Source: Chlorobiota bacterium (lineage in GTDB: Bacteria; Bacteroidota; Ignavibacteria; Kapaibacteriales; UBA961). From it: DNA of 64,000 nucleotides. Position 1 is the stretch's first letter, and every line of letters begins with the position of its first letter. The DNA lies in contig JBDHXA010000002.1 in assembly GCA_039810485.1 (NCBI GenBank), positions 8,597 through 72,596 on the forward strand, read 5' to 3'. A program made the translations under genes and the position numbers. The notes under the pieces are model-generated. The model saw only the letters and a program-made list of their open reading frames with translations, was not told the origin of the DNA and ran no database searches. Of the stretch, positions 32,637 to 42,993 are shown in pieces.

Positions 32637-33731
32637 TTATTGTAAAACAGCATCAGCTCCGTAGTCTTCAATTTTACGAACTTTTACAGCAATATCTTCC
32701 CCGGTTTCATTTTTATTTATAGAAAATTCTACTTTATCGCCAACATGTAATTGGCTAAAATCAGAATTTGTCAACTTGCTGAAGTGAAAGAAAAGATTGT
32801 TCGGCGGATATTTGATAAATCCATATCCATTTTTCAAACTAAGTATATAGCTTATAATGACTGTGTTGCTTGACAAATTTGATTTTTTTTGATCGAAATT
32901 CGCTTCATTAATAAATAAGTTCTCATCATGCAAAATGTTGGATGATTGAGAAAATGACAACTTATTAGAAGTTAAATTGTCGTCTTCACTCGACATATCA
33001 GAATCTATATCAAATATGCTGTCATATTTTTCTGCTTCAAAATTACCAATTACTTCTTTTGCGTCGGATTTAATAGATCCTTGTACAAATATGTTTTTTA
33101 TAATACTTGCATATTCTTCATCAGGATTTTCTATAATTTTATGCATGGCAATAGGATAACTGGCTTCGTTAAGTAATTCATGCGATGTTCGTGTATAAAC
33201 TGTATTGCCTTCTTCATTGATAAAATCAAATTCCCAGCTTAACACCATCATTCTGCTTCCCAATGAATTTACTTTCCGAATCAACGGCGCATAATCTCCG
33301 TCTGAAGCGATAAGTACTACAACATCAAAATGTTTTAGCACACATAATTCATACGCTTCTAACGCAAGCCAAACGTCAATTCCTTTCTCCATTTTTTTCC
33401 CGCTCCACGAGCTTCTCAAGGGAAGGTAATGTGTTACAACACCTTCACTCATTAATATATCGTCAAAAACACGGTCATAGTATATCTGATTCTCAGTTGC
33501 TTCACCTGCATAAAGCCGACCTTTGAATAAGTGACAGTCGACAATCTGACAATTTCGCACATCACGATTTTCTTCATCTGCAACAACATGACGAATAAAA
33601 TCATGCAAGCCAGAAATTCGAATTCTGCTATGTCGCGGATGATTGAAATAGTAATAATTGCTTACATGTTGGAAAAAACTTCCATCATAGAACACTCCAA
33701 TTTTAACTAAAGAAGCAGAATTATGCAACAC
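32637..33731 (-). CDS. NYN (LabA/PIN-like RNase) domain protein fused to a C-terminal cold-shock domain by a Ser/Asp/Asn-rich linker.
   Basis: N-terminal IGVFYDGSFF...DVVVLIASDGDYAPL (NYN acidic residues). C-terminal NGYGFIKYPP...GDKVEFSI (CSD RNP-like motifs). Confidence 0.7.
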   Translation of the reverse strand: MLHNSASLVKIGVFYDGSFFQHVSNYYYFNHPRHSRIRISGLHDFIRHVVADEENRDVRNCQIVDCHLFKGRLYAGEATENQIYYDRVFDDILMSEGVVTHYLPLRSSWSGKKMEKGIDVWLALEAYELCVLKHFDVVVLIASDGDYAPLIRKVNSLGSRMMVLSWEFDFINEEGNTVYTRTSHELLNEASYPIAMHKIIENPDEEYASIIKNIFVQGSIKSDAKEVIGNFEAEKYDSIFDIDSDMSSEDDNLTSNKLSFSQSSNILHDENLFINEANFDQKKSNLSSNTVIISYILSLKNGYGFIKYPPNNLFFHFSKLTNSDFSQLHVGDKVEFSINKNETGEDIAVKVRKIEDYGADAVLQ

Positions 33732-33890
33732 TATTATTCTCCAATATCTTATAATTTATCTTAATAATATTTGTCAAACTATAACTCTAACTGCATATAT
33801 TTAAACTTACAATATTTTATATTAACTAAACTGACTATATTTATTTATTAGATACGACAACAACTTCAATTCTTTGTTATTTCATCATAC

Positions 33891-35609
33891 TTAACGATTC
33901 GTATCAGGAACACGCCAAAAGAAAACAAATCCAGCCTTTTCACCTATTTCGTGAATATTCTTGTGTTGCCTGCATATATGAGCATCTTGCATTTTACAAA
34001 CGAAATAAGCGGGCTTGTCAATGTCGCCATCAAACAACCAGTTCTCGAAATCATCAGGCAAAATATCGAGCGATGAAGGCGCAAGACAGCGAGGCTTTTT
34101 AGTATAAAACAAATGTGCGTAGCTCTTGAATCCTACGGGTTTAACATAGCAGTCCTTATCTTGTAAAGATTGATAGAATTCAACAGCCGATGCTTGTGTA
34201 TATCCTTCAATTTTAGGAGCAATAATCGGTAAAAATAACCAAGATGAGATTACTGTCGAAGCAAAAAGCACAATTATTTTTGAACGGTTTGGCAGAAACA
34301 AAGAAACTATAATTGCAAATCCAAACGTTATCCCTATAGTAGTTTCCCATTTTCCCCATTGTACTGGAGCCGTTAAATTTGCTCTTGCAAATTCATCGTT
34401 GATAAATGGAAGCAAATTGTCTTTAAATAGACCAATAACCGGAATTGCTGAAAAAGCCAAAGCCCATAAAATGCCAAATATGCCTACTATTGCTGAATGT
34501 ATTTTTTTCCACTTTATCGTACCTGATAATATTTCATCTAACCAATTGGCAGCTAAAAATGCAATAGGAAAATAACAAAGAGATGAATAATGCACTATTT
34601 TTGTTTTTACGATTGAAAATATTGCTAAGACGACAATTAGCAGAACTATATTCCATAGGCGAACTATTTTAAAAGAATAATTCTTTTCAGCTGTAAAAAA
34701 TGACCATAATGCAAAAACCGAAGCAGGAAAGCAGCCGAACAATAATACAATAAAATGATAATAAAACGGGCCGCTGTGTCCAGCATCGCCTGTAGTAAGT
34801 AGTCGTATTTGATACCGAATAAATTCTGATACGAACCATGTTCCATTACGCAAAATATCAATCCCAAACCATAACCCTGCGGTTAATAAAGAACAAATAA
34901 GAAAAACAGCCCAAAATGGAAGCGAAGAAATTAGATATTTTCCATAAATCTGAAAAAATTTTCGTTGCAATGCCGAATGTTGTATTGTATTTTCAGTTAC
35001 AGAAGAATAAGCATTCTGTTTAAAAAATACAATACTCATCACAATTAGCATTGCAGTGCTTGAAACCAACAAAGCAACTGGTCCCTTTGTCAGCATTGCT
35101 AAACCAATAAGAATGCCTGCTAATGCTGAATTTCGAAGTTTTTTATCCTCTTTTCCTATGGCTAATGTCATTATCCCTGAAAAGATAAGAAGATTAAATA
35201 AAGGATCTATAATAGCCGAACGAAAATATAAATACGGCAAAAATGATCCACAATAGGAAGCTACCCATAGATATCCAAATCTTCTTGAACGAATGTGCTT
35301 TCCCCAAAGAAATAGTAGAGGCAGCGTAATAATGCCAATTAAAGCATTTGGCAAACGCGCCGCAAATTCATTCACTCCAAATATAGACATCAAACTGGCT
35401 TGCAGCCATATAAATAATGGCGGTTTTTCCCAAAAAGGTGAATAATCAATCTGAACACGCAAATAATCGCCCGTTGTCAGCATTTCTCGAGCGCATTCAG
35501 CAAAATTTATTTCATCCCAATCAAACAGCCGTACATTACCCAAAAATGGTATAAATAATATGGCTGCAACAGCCATAATCAATAGCACATCTTTTTTTAC
35601 GCTCATCAA
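33891..35609 (-). CDS. GT-C fold glycosyltransferase, family 39 / ArnT-like (dolichyl-phosphate-mannose-protein mannosyltransferase-like), with C-terminal soluble domain.
   Basis: About 11-12 TM helices. An N-terminal DE motif in the first loop (FDWDEINFAE) is typical of PMT/ArnT GT-C enzymes. 572 aa. Confidence 0.65.
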   Translation of the reverse strand: MMSVKKDVLLIMAVAAILFIPFLGNVRLFDWDEINFAECAREMLTTGDYLRVQIDYSPFWEKPPLFIWLQASLMSIFGVNEFAARLPNALIGIITLPLLFLWGKHIRSRRFGYLWVASYCGSFLPYLYFRSAIIDPLFNLLIFSGIMTLAIGKEDKKLRNSALAGILIGLAMLTKGPVALLVSSTAMLIVMSIVFFKQNAYSSVTENTIQHSALQRKFFQIYGKYLISSLPFWAVFLICSLLTAGLWFGIDILRNGTWFVSEFIRYQIRLLTTGDAGHSGPFYYHFIVLLFGCFPASVFALWSFFTAEKNYSFKIVRLWNIVLLIVVLAIFSIVKTKIVHYSSLCYFPIAFLAANWLDEILSGTIKWKKIHSAIVGIFGILWALAFSAIPVIGLFKDNLLPFINDEFARANLTAPVQWGKWETTIGITFGFAIIVSLFLPNRSKIIVLFASTVISSWLFLPIIAPKIEGYTQASAVEFYQSLQDKDCYVKPVGFKSYAHLFYTKKPRCLAPSSLDILPDDFENWLFDGDIDKPAYFVCKMQDAHICRQHKNIHEIGEKAGFVFFWRVPDTNR

Positions 35610-35632
35610 ATATCACCGCCAATTAAATAATG

Positions 35633-36991
35633 CTAAAATTCAATAGATGCCGAAGCAATTGCCAGTAATCTGTCGGTCTCTTCTGCTACTGATGATTCAG
35701 CAATCAATCTGATTATCGGCTCAGTGTTAGAAAGCCGCGCATGAATCCACGAATTTTCAAATTTGAAATATCGTCCATCTTCACGACTAATCACAGCGTT
35801 AGGAAAAGTTTGTTCTAAGCGTCTGAAAATCTCGGCTTCATCTCCTTTGATTGAGGTTTTTATTTTTTTCATCTTATATTGAGGCATTGTGGCTAATAAT
35901 TCTGATAATGTGCCTCCAAATTCTGTAAGCAAATGTATTATTAGAGCTGAACCAACCAAAGAATCGCGCCCATAATGGCATGAAGGAAAAATTACGCCTC
36001 CGCTTCCTTCGCCTCCTATTGCTGCATTAAGACGCTGCATAGCACGAACAACATTAATTTCTCCGACAGGAGATCTAAATGTTTTGCCGTAATATTTACG
36101 TACAATCGTGTCTACAGCGCTTGTTGTCGAGTAATTTACCACACAAATAGGGTCATATCCCTTTGTCATTCTGGCTGAGAATACCGAAGCTGCTGCCAAC
36201 GTTATTGTCATTTCTTCATTTATAGGATTTCCCTTTTCATCAATAAGCGCCAATCGGTCTGCATCAGGATCAACAGCAATTCCGAAATCAGCGTTGTGTT
36301 TTTTTACTGCTTCAGCAATATCTTGTAGATGAATTGGCAGCGGTTCAGGCGTATGTGGGAAAATGCCAGTTCCATCACAATATAATGGTATTACTTCGCA
36401 ATTCAAAGCTTCTAACAGCGAAGGTATTGCAACGGAACCTGCAGCGTTTACAGCATCTACCACTATGCGATATTGCTTTTTTTGCATATGCTGAAGCGCT
36501 TCATTAGAAAATAATTTTACTACTTCAGAAATATGGCGATTGATAATATTTGGAATGGAATATTGTACAACGGAAGCTGTAATTATTGGAAATTCTAAAG
36601 GCTTATCTAAGTATGACCAAAATGTATGGTTTTCATCGTCATCTAAAAATACTCCGTCGCTTCCAAGAAATTTCATTCCATTCCATTCAGAAGGATTGTG
36701 AGAAGCCGTTAGAACAATGCAGCCTGCAACATCATTAGTCATTTCTGCGTAGATTTGTGCTGTTGGTGTTGGCGCTATTCCTAAAATATGGACTTGGCGT
36801 CCCATTGCTGTCAAAGTGCCGACAGCAATATTTTCCATCCATTTTCCCGACGGTCTGCCATCGCGAGCAATGGCAATTATACCGTCCGGAAGATACTTAG
36901 CAAAAGCGGCACTGTAACTTGATATTATATTGGGTGTTAACGCATCCCCTTGAGTGGCGCGAACTCCTGATATTGAGCGTATAAACGGCAT
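35633..36991 (-). CDS. Phosphohexomutase (phosphoglucosamine mutase / phosphomannomutase family).
   Basis: Active-site Ser loop TASHNPSEWNGMKF, metal-binding DPDADR, sugar-binding GEGSGG. Confidence 0.85.
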   Translation of the reverse strand: MPFIRSISGVRATQGDALTPNIISSYSAAFAKYLPDGIIAIARDGRPSGKWMENIAVGTLTAMGRQVHILGIAPTPTAQIYAEMTNDVAGCIVLTASHNPSEWNGMKFLGSDGVFLDDDENHTFWSYLDKPLEFPIITASVVQYSIPNIINRHISEVVKLFSNEALQHMQKKQYRIVVDAVNAAGSVAIPSLLEALNCEVIPLYCDGTGIFPHTPEPLPIHLQDIAEAVKKHNADFGIAVDPDADRLALIDEKGNPINEEMTITLAAASVFSARMTKGYDPICVVNYSTTSAVDTIVRKYYGKTFRSPVGEINVVRAMQRLNAAIGGEGSGGVIFPSCHYGRDSLVGSALIIHLLTEFGGTLSELLATMPQYKMKKIKTSIKGDEAEIFRRLEQTFPNAVISREDGRYFKFENSWIHARLSNTEPIIRLIAESSVAEETDRLLAIASASIEF

Positions 36992-37047
36992 AGTATTCCA
37001 AAATACGTTAGTTAATTTTATTCAAAAATACCTTGAAAGCACGGCAA

Positions 37048-37329
37048 ATGGCAACAATTCACAAAAAATTTTCGACTGATAAAAATGCCTTAGAAATTAA
37101 ACAGTATATTGATGAAACATTTCTATCACGCAAAGAAGTAAAAACTCTGATTGAATCGGCAATTTGGGTTGGATTTACACTTCATATTTCTTCAAAATTC
37201 GGCAAAGGCACTTTAGAAGCACGAGACAATGAGGCAGAAATTAATATTGAGCTGTCTTTATTTGGCAGTGCTGCAAAGAAAGCAATTGAATCAACAATAG
37301 AAAACAATTTTAAGGAACTAGGGCCATAA
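37048..37329 (+). CDS. Small conserved protein, possibly polyhydroxyalkanoic-acid-system family (PHA_gran_rgn-like).
   Basis: 93 aa. The pattern W.G.TL......G.KGTLEA...E..I.IELS.FG.A....IES.IE.N resembles the TIGR02610-type small proteins as I recall them. Weak, memory-based. Confidence 0.35.
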   Translation: MATIHKKFSTDKNALEIKQYIDETFLSRKEVKTLIESAIWVGFTLHISSKFGKGTLEARDNEAEINIELSLFGSAAKKAIESTIENNFKELGP

Positions 37330-37490
37330 TACTCTCTTTATGGCTCCATAACTTTTAATTTTGCCTTATTGCATCTTGACAACCGATTTCCTTTCATTTG
37401 GCATAATTATTGAGTAATGATTGAGTGTATTTTACACAAATATCACTTACATTGTAATTAATTATTATGGTTACAGTATTTTCATACCGA

Positions 37491-38630
37491 ATGTCAACTA
37501 TGCTTGTAGTAGTTTTTTCTGCATTTATTTTTGCTGCAAAACTATTGCAAGCAGCCGAACCGGCAACAAAATTAGCGCCCTATCCTACCAAAGCGGAGTT
37601 GGAACGATACGAAGATAATGAAGAAATGTACGCTTCCCTACTCTTGGAATACTATCGTACAGCATCTGTTCTGGAAGCTCAGCTTCATTACTGGGGAGTC
37701 GCACCTAATACTACAGTTGTCATGCCAACGCTTGACGAGATCACTTCGCAAGAGACAAAAACACTCAAGAAATTTCATTCGATAGCGTCGAAGCTCCTAA
37801 AACAAATTGAACAGCTGCCCGAAGAAGAATTGCACGCCCATTTATACGATATTGAAAAACGTTTGATTGACGAACGCAAGACAAACGCTGAATTGCACGT
37901 CAAGAATTTTGAGTTGGAACTTAAATCGCAAAGCGCTGAGTCGTATGCCACACGAATTTATGAAATAATCAAGCAATTCGACGGAATGAAACGCGAATTA
38001 GATTCAATTTCTTATCTATACTATATGCTTAAATTTTCATCAAATTCAGCAATGGTACGTGCTTTAGACGATAGTTTTATTCCATCTATTATGCTTTCCA
38101 ATTCTGGGCAAATTCTCTCTTTTGGCGCTGATGGAATAAATACTGATCTATCTTATGGCGCTAAAGCAGAAGTTAATCTAAATACATTCTCAAATATCGG
38201 AAAATACCTTGATGTATGGTTTGCATATTTAATGCCGCAAATAAAATCGAATTCACTTTATAAAACAACAGGCACGCCTTGGAGAGAGTGGAATTCAAAC
38301 ATCTATTCTTTAGGCGTAAATTTAAATTTTCACGATATTATTGATCTCTATCATTCAAAAGCAGGGATTAAAATCGGCGGCGGATACTATTGGGGCAGTG
38401 CCACTTCGCCAAATATCGGCCTGCCGAAGGTTGACTATAAAGGTGGAACTTTAAATTTAGAGTTAAATTTTTCGAAATTAACAACGATTAGCCCTGCAAA
38501 TTTATATTTTAATTTTGGCGTATTATTCCCGACGCGACAGATGATATACTCTGATCCTGTGCAGCCATTAAACATATATAAATCAACAATTACTACCTAT
38601 GGAATTGGCTTGCGATTTAACGTGTTGTAA
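37491..38630 (+). CDS. Putative outer-membrane protein: signal peptide, N-terminal coiled-coil/helical region, C-terminal beta-rich domain ending in ...RFNVL.
   Basis: Signal peptide MSTMLVVVFSAFIFAAKLLQAAEP. C-terminal alternating hydrophobic beta-strand pattern with aromatic girdle residues and a hydrophobic terminus. Confidence 0.4.
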   Translation: MSTMLVVVFSAFIFAAKLLQAAEPATKLAPYPTKAELERYEDNEEMYASLLLEYYRTASVLEAQLHYWGVAPNTTVVMPTLDEITSQETKTLKKFHSIASKLLKQIEQLPEEELHAHLYDIEKRLIDERKTNAELHVKNFELELKSQSAESYATRIYEIIKQFDGMKRELDSISYLYYMLKFSSNSAMVRALDDSFIPSIMLSNSGQILSFGADGINTDLSYGAKAEVNLNTFSNIGKYLDVWFAYLMPQIKSNSLYKTTGTPWREWNSNIYSLGVNLNFHDIIDLYHSKAGIKIGGGYYWGSATSPNIGLPKVDYKGGTLNLELNFSKLTTISPANLYFNFGVLFPTRQMIYSDPVQPLNIYKSTITTYGIGLRFNVL

Positions 38631-38653
38631 TAACATATATTTGGAGAATAATT

Positions 38654-39580
38654 ATGTTTAATGTAAAATATATTGCATCGCTCGCATTGTGTTTGTTTGC
38701 GCTTAGTAATTTATCAAATGCAAACGAACTTGGCAAGCGGTATTTGAAACTTGGAAATACATATCGCGAATCGTCAAAATATGATAAATCAGAAGAATAC
38801 CTAAAACGAGGTGAAAAACTCGTGAAAGGCGACAGTTATTGGTCGGCGGCGGCAGATGAATATTTCGGCTATCTCTACAGAGACATGGCAAAATCAGGAG
38901 AATATTCTTCGAATACACAATATTTTTATGCTCTTGCCAAAGAACATTTAGAAAATGCCTTGTCTAAATACCGTAAAATTATAAAACAATCCGATGGAAG
39001 TCCTTCTGCTCTCAATGGCTTACAAAATGCCATTGATGATATAAACAATATGATGACAAACGATAAATTGCCCACAACTGGAATTGCCAATAATTATGGG
39101 CGAGATAGTAAAATTGTTAATCTTGACAATTCAAAACTTAAAAATATTCCAAATGATTTGCCTACGACAATGGAAAACTTTAGCGCGGTCAATAATCGGC
39201 TAAAAGATTTTCAAACGTTGAACACGCGATATCCTAAACTACAGGCAATTAACTTAAAAAATAACCGCATATCTTCGATTGCCAATGGGTTGGGCAATAT
39301 TGTCAATTTGAAATATCTTAATATGTCAGGAAACCGTATTAAAACTATGTCCGACGACTTATCCTCCCTAAAAAAAATTGAGGTTCTTGATTTGTCGAAC
39401 AATAAACTTCGTAGTATTCCAACTACATTAACAGCTTTGCAATCGTTAAAAGTATTAGATATTTCAGGCAATAACATACCTTTTTCACAAATTGCCACAC
39501 TCATAAAAAATATGCCTTCAACAAACATTGTTTTCGATCGCTATATTCGCGAATCTGACGAAGATAACAGCGGTGAATAA
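38654..39580 (+). CDS. Secreted leucine-rich-repeat (LRR) protein with N-terminal TPR-like helical region.
   Basis: Signal peptide. About 6 LxxLxLxxNxI(k/s) repeats (LKYLNMSGNRIKTM, LDLSNNKLRSIPT, LDISGNNI). Confidence 0.7.
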   Translation: MFNVKYIASLALCLFALSNLSNANELGKRYLKLGNTYRESSKYDKSEEYLKRGEKLVKGDSYWSAAADEYFGYLYRDMAKSGEYSSNTQYFYALAKEHLENALSKYRKIIKQSDGSPSALNGLQNAIDDINNMMTNDKLPTTGIANNYGRDSKIVNLDNSKLKNIPNDLPTTMENFSAVNNRLKDFQTLNTRYPKLQAINLKNNRISSIANGLGNIVNLKYLNMSGNRIKTMSDDLSSLKKIEVLDLSNNKLRSIPTTLTALQSLKVLDISGNNIPFSQIATLIKNMPSTNIVFDRYIRESDEDNSGE

Positions 39581-39598
39581 TTCATTATTGCCGCCAAT

Positions 39599-40006
39599 TT
39601 ATTCTTTCGTTTCAACAAATACTTTGTCATTTTCAATACCCATATATGGGCCTTGTTTTACACTGATGCATTGCATATCCTCAGTAACACGTATTGCATG
39701 AACACCATGAATCAACACAATTCCATCGCCTTTTCTTAATGTTATTTCTTCGAGCATTTCACCATTGTCTGCATAAAGCTCGACTATCACCTCTCCTCGC
39801 TGAACTACAAACATCTGCTGTAAATCCGTTATTTCTCTTCTAAATGGCTTATGGTAATGAGGCGGCTCAACAAAACCTGCTTTATGCGCTAATATACCAA
39901 ACTGGAAAGAAGATTCAGCCGGCGAATAAAATGTAGTTTGATCTACACGAACATCTGAGCGAAGCACTTCTGCATATCGAACTCCGTTATAAACTATACT
40001 TTGCAT
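39599..40006 (-). CDS. WxcM-like cupin (FdtA-type sugar 3,4-ketoisomerase-like).
   Basis: 135 aa single-domain cupin: FQFGILAHKAGFVEPPHYHK...VVQRGEVIVELY matches the WxcM C-terminal / FdtA fold pattern. Confidence 0.6.
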   Translation of the reverse strand: MQSIVYNGVRYAEVLRSDVRVDQTTFYSPAESSFQFGILAHKAGFVEPPHYHKPFRREITDLQQMFVVQRGEVIVELYADNGEMLEEITLRKGDGIVLIHGVHAIRVTEDMQCISVKQGPYMGIENDKVFVETKE

Positions 40007-42975
40007 TATTGTATTTCCGTAAATTGCAAATGACTGACAACTGAAAATTGCGATTCATGTGTGCCATGTCTAAAACGCGGCTTGGCTGGATAATATGCCT
40101 CTTCAGGAGGCAATTCCCTCAATACTCCTTCGGCAACATCGCTTCTTACAAAAAAAGCATTATAACCATTGGAATCGCAGCCAACAAGTATAAAACCTTT
40201 TTTGCACATCAATTTCGTTAATGCAGTAAGCGATGCTCCGTGATACCAGCCGCTTTTATGATAATCCATGCAATAAAACTTTGGATCGTATGGAATAGTA
40301 ATAGAGCGTTCCGGACCAAATGAAGGATTGTATTCTAAAATAACAATGCGTGGTTTTATTACATTTAATCGTTCCATAATCCAATAATCATTGCCGTCAA
40401 TATCAAGCGAGAATACGTCAAGCTCTCCTGTGGCTCTCATCTGAATAAACAATTCATTGATATTGTCAATTGTTACAAAGGATTGCTCTACTCGCACTTG
40501 TGGCAAATGCGCATAGAATTTTCGAGCAGCATCCACTTGCTGGCTATTAGCGTCTATCAACAGACCTTTCCATCCATGATTTAAAGATAAATTTGCTGTG
40601 TTGCATTCATCGCCGCTGCCTATGCCTATTTTAATAAAGCGTTTATGTACTACGCCTACACGTGAAAGCAACCCCAAGAGAATACCGTCCTCTCCACTTT
40701 TAGAATAAATTTTAAATTCAAAATTGCGAAGCATGTCAACTTGATATTTTATCTCATCTGTATTTATTAAAGCGCTTTCAATAAATGGTTTTATGGATCT
40801 CGATGCCATTGAGGTAGCATAGAGCGCCATTGGATTGTGAGGCATAATTTTCAGTTCGCCTTGCAAAGCGACAAATGCCTCGTCAATGCGTCCTAATCGC
40901 CATAGACAAAGAGAACGAAGATATTGCACATTCGGCAGTTGAGAATGGGTAATCATTGCTTCATCGAGATAGTACAAAGCTTCAGTAAAATTATTATTCT
41001 GCATTGCATTTTGAGCTTTTTCAACAAATCCATAAGCTCGTTTTTGCAATATTTCTTCAGGCATCATATCATTGGGATATGGCGCAGTGGCATTTTGATT
41101 ATCCATTGCAGCGTGATTCGTTTTTATGTATTCTTCTTTTATTTCTTTTATGGATTTATCTTTATTTGATAAAATTATATCGTCATGAGAATTACGATAA
41201 AATATAAAAGTTTTTTCAACATAATCAGATTGCATATTCTCTGCAATTGTCAATGCGTTTTTTAGAATAAATCCATGGTTAATAAATTCATTAACAAATT
41301 CTTTCTCATTAAATAGTAATTCCATTATTTCGATTGAATAAGCTTTCTTTTTAATGTATTGTGTTTGTCTATTTAAGCAAAGCGGAGTTCTATGAGCCAA
41401 AACCCATGTTTTGGCAACACGACATGTTTCGGCAATTTGTGAAGAATATTCTGTTGAATATTGCAAAACTCCCGCAGAAAATACCGCATCGAATTGCTCG
41501 TTTGCGAAAGGAAGCGAAGCGCCATCGGCCACAATAAATTCACATTTTGGATAGTAGTTTTCCGCCATTTTAATAAAATCAGGAGAAATATCTGCTCCTA
41601 TATAATTTATATTTTTACCGGTAGAATATTCCAATACTTCAGAATAATAACCGCTCGAACAGCCAATTTCCAATACATTTATTCCATTGAAAGCAATTTC
41701 TTGGAATGCTTCGGCTGCAATTTTATATGGCAATGGCATATTGCCTTTATACATCTGAGCAAGTTCCTGCTGCACCAAAGCTCTTTGTTTTCGCGGAATT
41801 TCCTTGTCAAGCCAGCCATGCCGCAATGAAGCAGTAATATCTGATTTTTTAATTAGGGTATGATCTGTTGAAATATTATAGGTGGAAATGCCTTTGAAAT
41901 ATTCAGTTTCGCGTTTATAGCGCAGATGGCGCTCAAATCGCTCGGCAGTTTGTTTCATTCTTTCTGAATAGGTATGTTCAGAAAGTGTTCTACGCTGTCC
42001 GGCAGCAGCAATTGCGGCAGTTTCGGTGGGATGTGCTTCGTAATATCGAATCATTTCCACACATTCTAACGGAGATGAATATTCAATTATTTCTTTGCCC
42101 GATTCAAACAATTCGCCTTGATTTTCCTTAGCATCCGTTATAAGTAAAGCGCCACATCCTGTGGCTTCAAACAAACGCATATTATTTGCATAATTAGCTG
42201 AAACAGCAACCACATGCCGATTTATAGTAATATTTGAGCGATTAAGAAGTTCAAACATTTCCAAGCCCCAAGATTCTCCATTGTGCTTCGGTAGTATCGG
42301 CGAATTTTTTGCAAGGTTCTCAACGCCATAGCCCCAGAATTTAATATCTGTTTCAACTGCCAAATATTCTAGCAAAGGCGTGTATTTGCTGTGAACAGGA
42401 GAAATTCCGCCGATAAAGCTGCAGTCAATATCACGATATTGTTTATCTGTAAGTTCACAGAGTATTCGTTTTTCAAAGGCAAGCGGTTGATAATATGCCG
42501 TTATTCCTAATTTTCTGAAGTGTTTTACGTAGTGGGGCAGCGAAGATATAATAATGTCAAAACCTTGAAAATGTACATTTTCAGGAATTACTGTTGCTAT
42601 TTGACCGGCTATAATATTTACGTGCGGACGAATTGTGTCTAAAAAATCTTTCGACGCAATTGATAAATCATGGAAGTATATTACATCGGGTTTGTAGTGT
42701 GCAATTTGATCAAGAGCAAGATGCAACCCATGTGTAGTTTTCGAATTCTCTTTTGCCCAGGCAGATTGGAGCGGTACTGCATTCAAAATCAGATCATCTG
42801 TTTTCCAGCCATTTTGCCCTAGATTGTAGGAATAAAAATCGCTGTCTCCAAAACGAGCATTTCGCAGCACATTTAACTGTTCGTTGTATGAAGCACTTGC
42901 TAATAATGGATTTGCAGCATACGCCGATTGTAAAAACGCTGGATAATAAAGATTAAGAAATAAACAAGAATGCAT
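40006..42975 (-). CDS. Multidomain glycan-modifying enzyme: N-terminal GT-B-like glycosyltransferase, class I SAM-methyltransferase, TPR repeats and C-terminal FkbM-family methyltransferase-like domain.
   Basis: Residues about 1-350 have a GT1 C-lobe pattern (EATGCGALLITD...GELFESGKEIIEY). About 420-560 carry methyltransferase motif I VLEIGCSSGYYS and the D/E acidic loop. About 640-720 are TPR-like. About 760-989 are FkbM-like (IGIGSGDE...LDIDGNDYW...ILEYNP). Confidence 0.65.
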   Translation of the reverse strand: MHSCLFLNLYYPAFLQSAYAANPLLASASYNEQLNVLRNARFGDSDFYSYNLGQNGWKTDDLILNAVPLQSAWAKENSKTTHGLHLALDQIAHYKPDVIYFHDLSIASKDFLDTIRPHVNIIAGQIATVIPENVHFQGFDIIISSLPHYVKHFRKLGITAYYQPLAFEKRILCELTDKQYRDIDCSFIGGISPVHSKYTPLLEYLAVETDIKFWGYGVENLAKNSPILPKHNGESWGLEMFELLNRSNITINRHVVAVSANYANNMRLFEATGCGALLITDAKENQGELFESGKEIIEYSSPLECVEMIRYYEAHPTETAAIAAAGQRRTLSEHTYSERMKQTAERFERHLRYKRETEYFKGISTYNISTDHTLIKKSDITASLRHGWLDKEIPRKQRALVQQELAQMYKGNMPLPYKIAAEAFQEIAFNGINVLEIGCSSGYYSEVLEYSTGKNINYIGADISPDFIKMAENYYPKCEFIVADGASLPFANEQFDAVFSAGVLQYSTEYSSQIAETCRVAKTWVLAHRTPLCLNRQTQYIKKKAYSIEIMELLFNEKEFVNEFINHGFILKNALTIAENMQSDYVEKTFIFYRNSHDDIILSNKDKSIKEIKEEYIKTNHAAMDNQNATAPYPNDMMPEEILQKRAYGFVEKAQNAMQNNNFTEALYYLDEAMITHSQLPNVQYLRSLCLWRLGRIDEAFVALQGELKIMPHNPMALYATSMASRSIKPFIESALINTDEIKYQVDMLRNFEFKIYSKSGEDGILLGLLSRVGVVHKRFIKIGIGSGDECNTANLSLNHGWKGLLIDANSQQVDAARKFYAHLPQVRVEQSFVTIDNINELFIQMRATGELDVFSLDIDGNDYWIMERLNVIKPRIVILEYNPSFGPERSITIPYDPKFYCMDYHKSGWYHGASLTALTKLMCKKGFILVGCDSNGYNAFFVRSDVAEGVLRELPPEEAYYPAKPRFRHGTHESQFSVVSHLQFTEIQ

Positions 42976-42993
42976 AGCAGCATTTATAAAATT

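Noticed and set aside
37380-37420. Possible sigma-54 promoter (tggcat-N5-ttgag) upstream of the OMP-like gene
   Set aside because: It only partially matches TGGCAC-N5-TTGCW because the -12 element is poor. Too weak to report as a feature.
40924-41829. Several 60-120-aa plus-strand ORFs
   Set aside because: All are antisense inside the 989-aa multidomain gene. They have AT-rich, Ile/Phe-rich translations typical of non-coding antisense frames.
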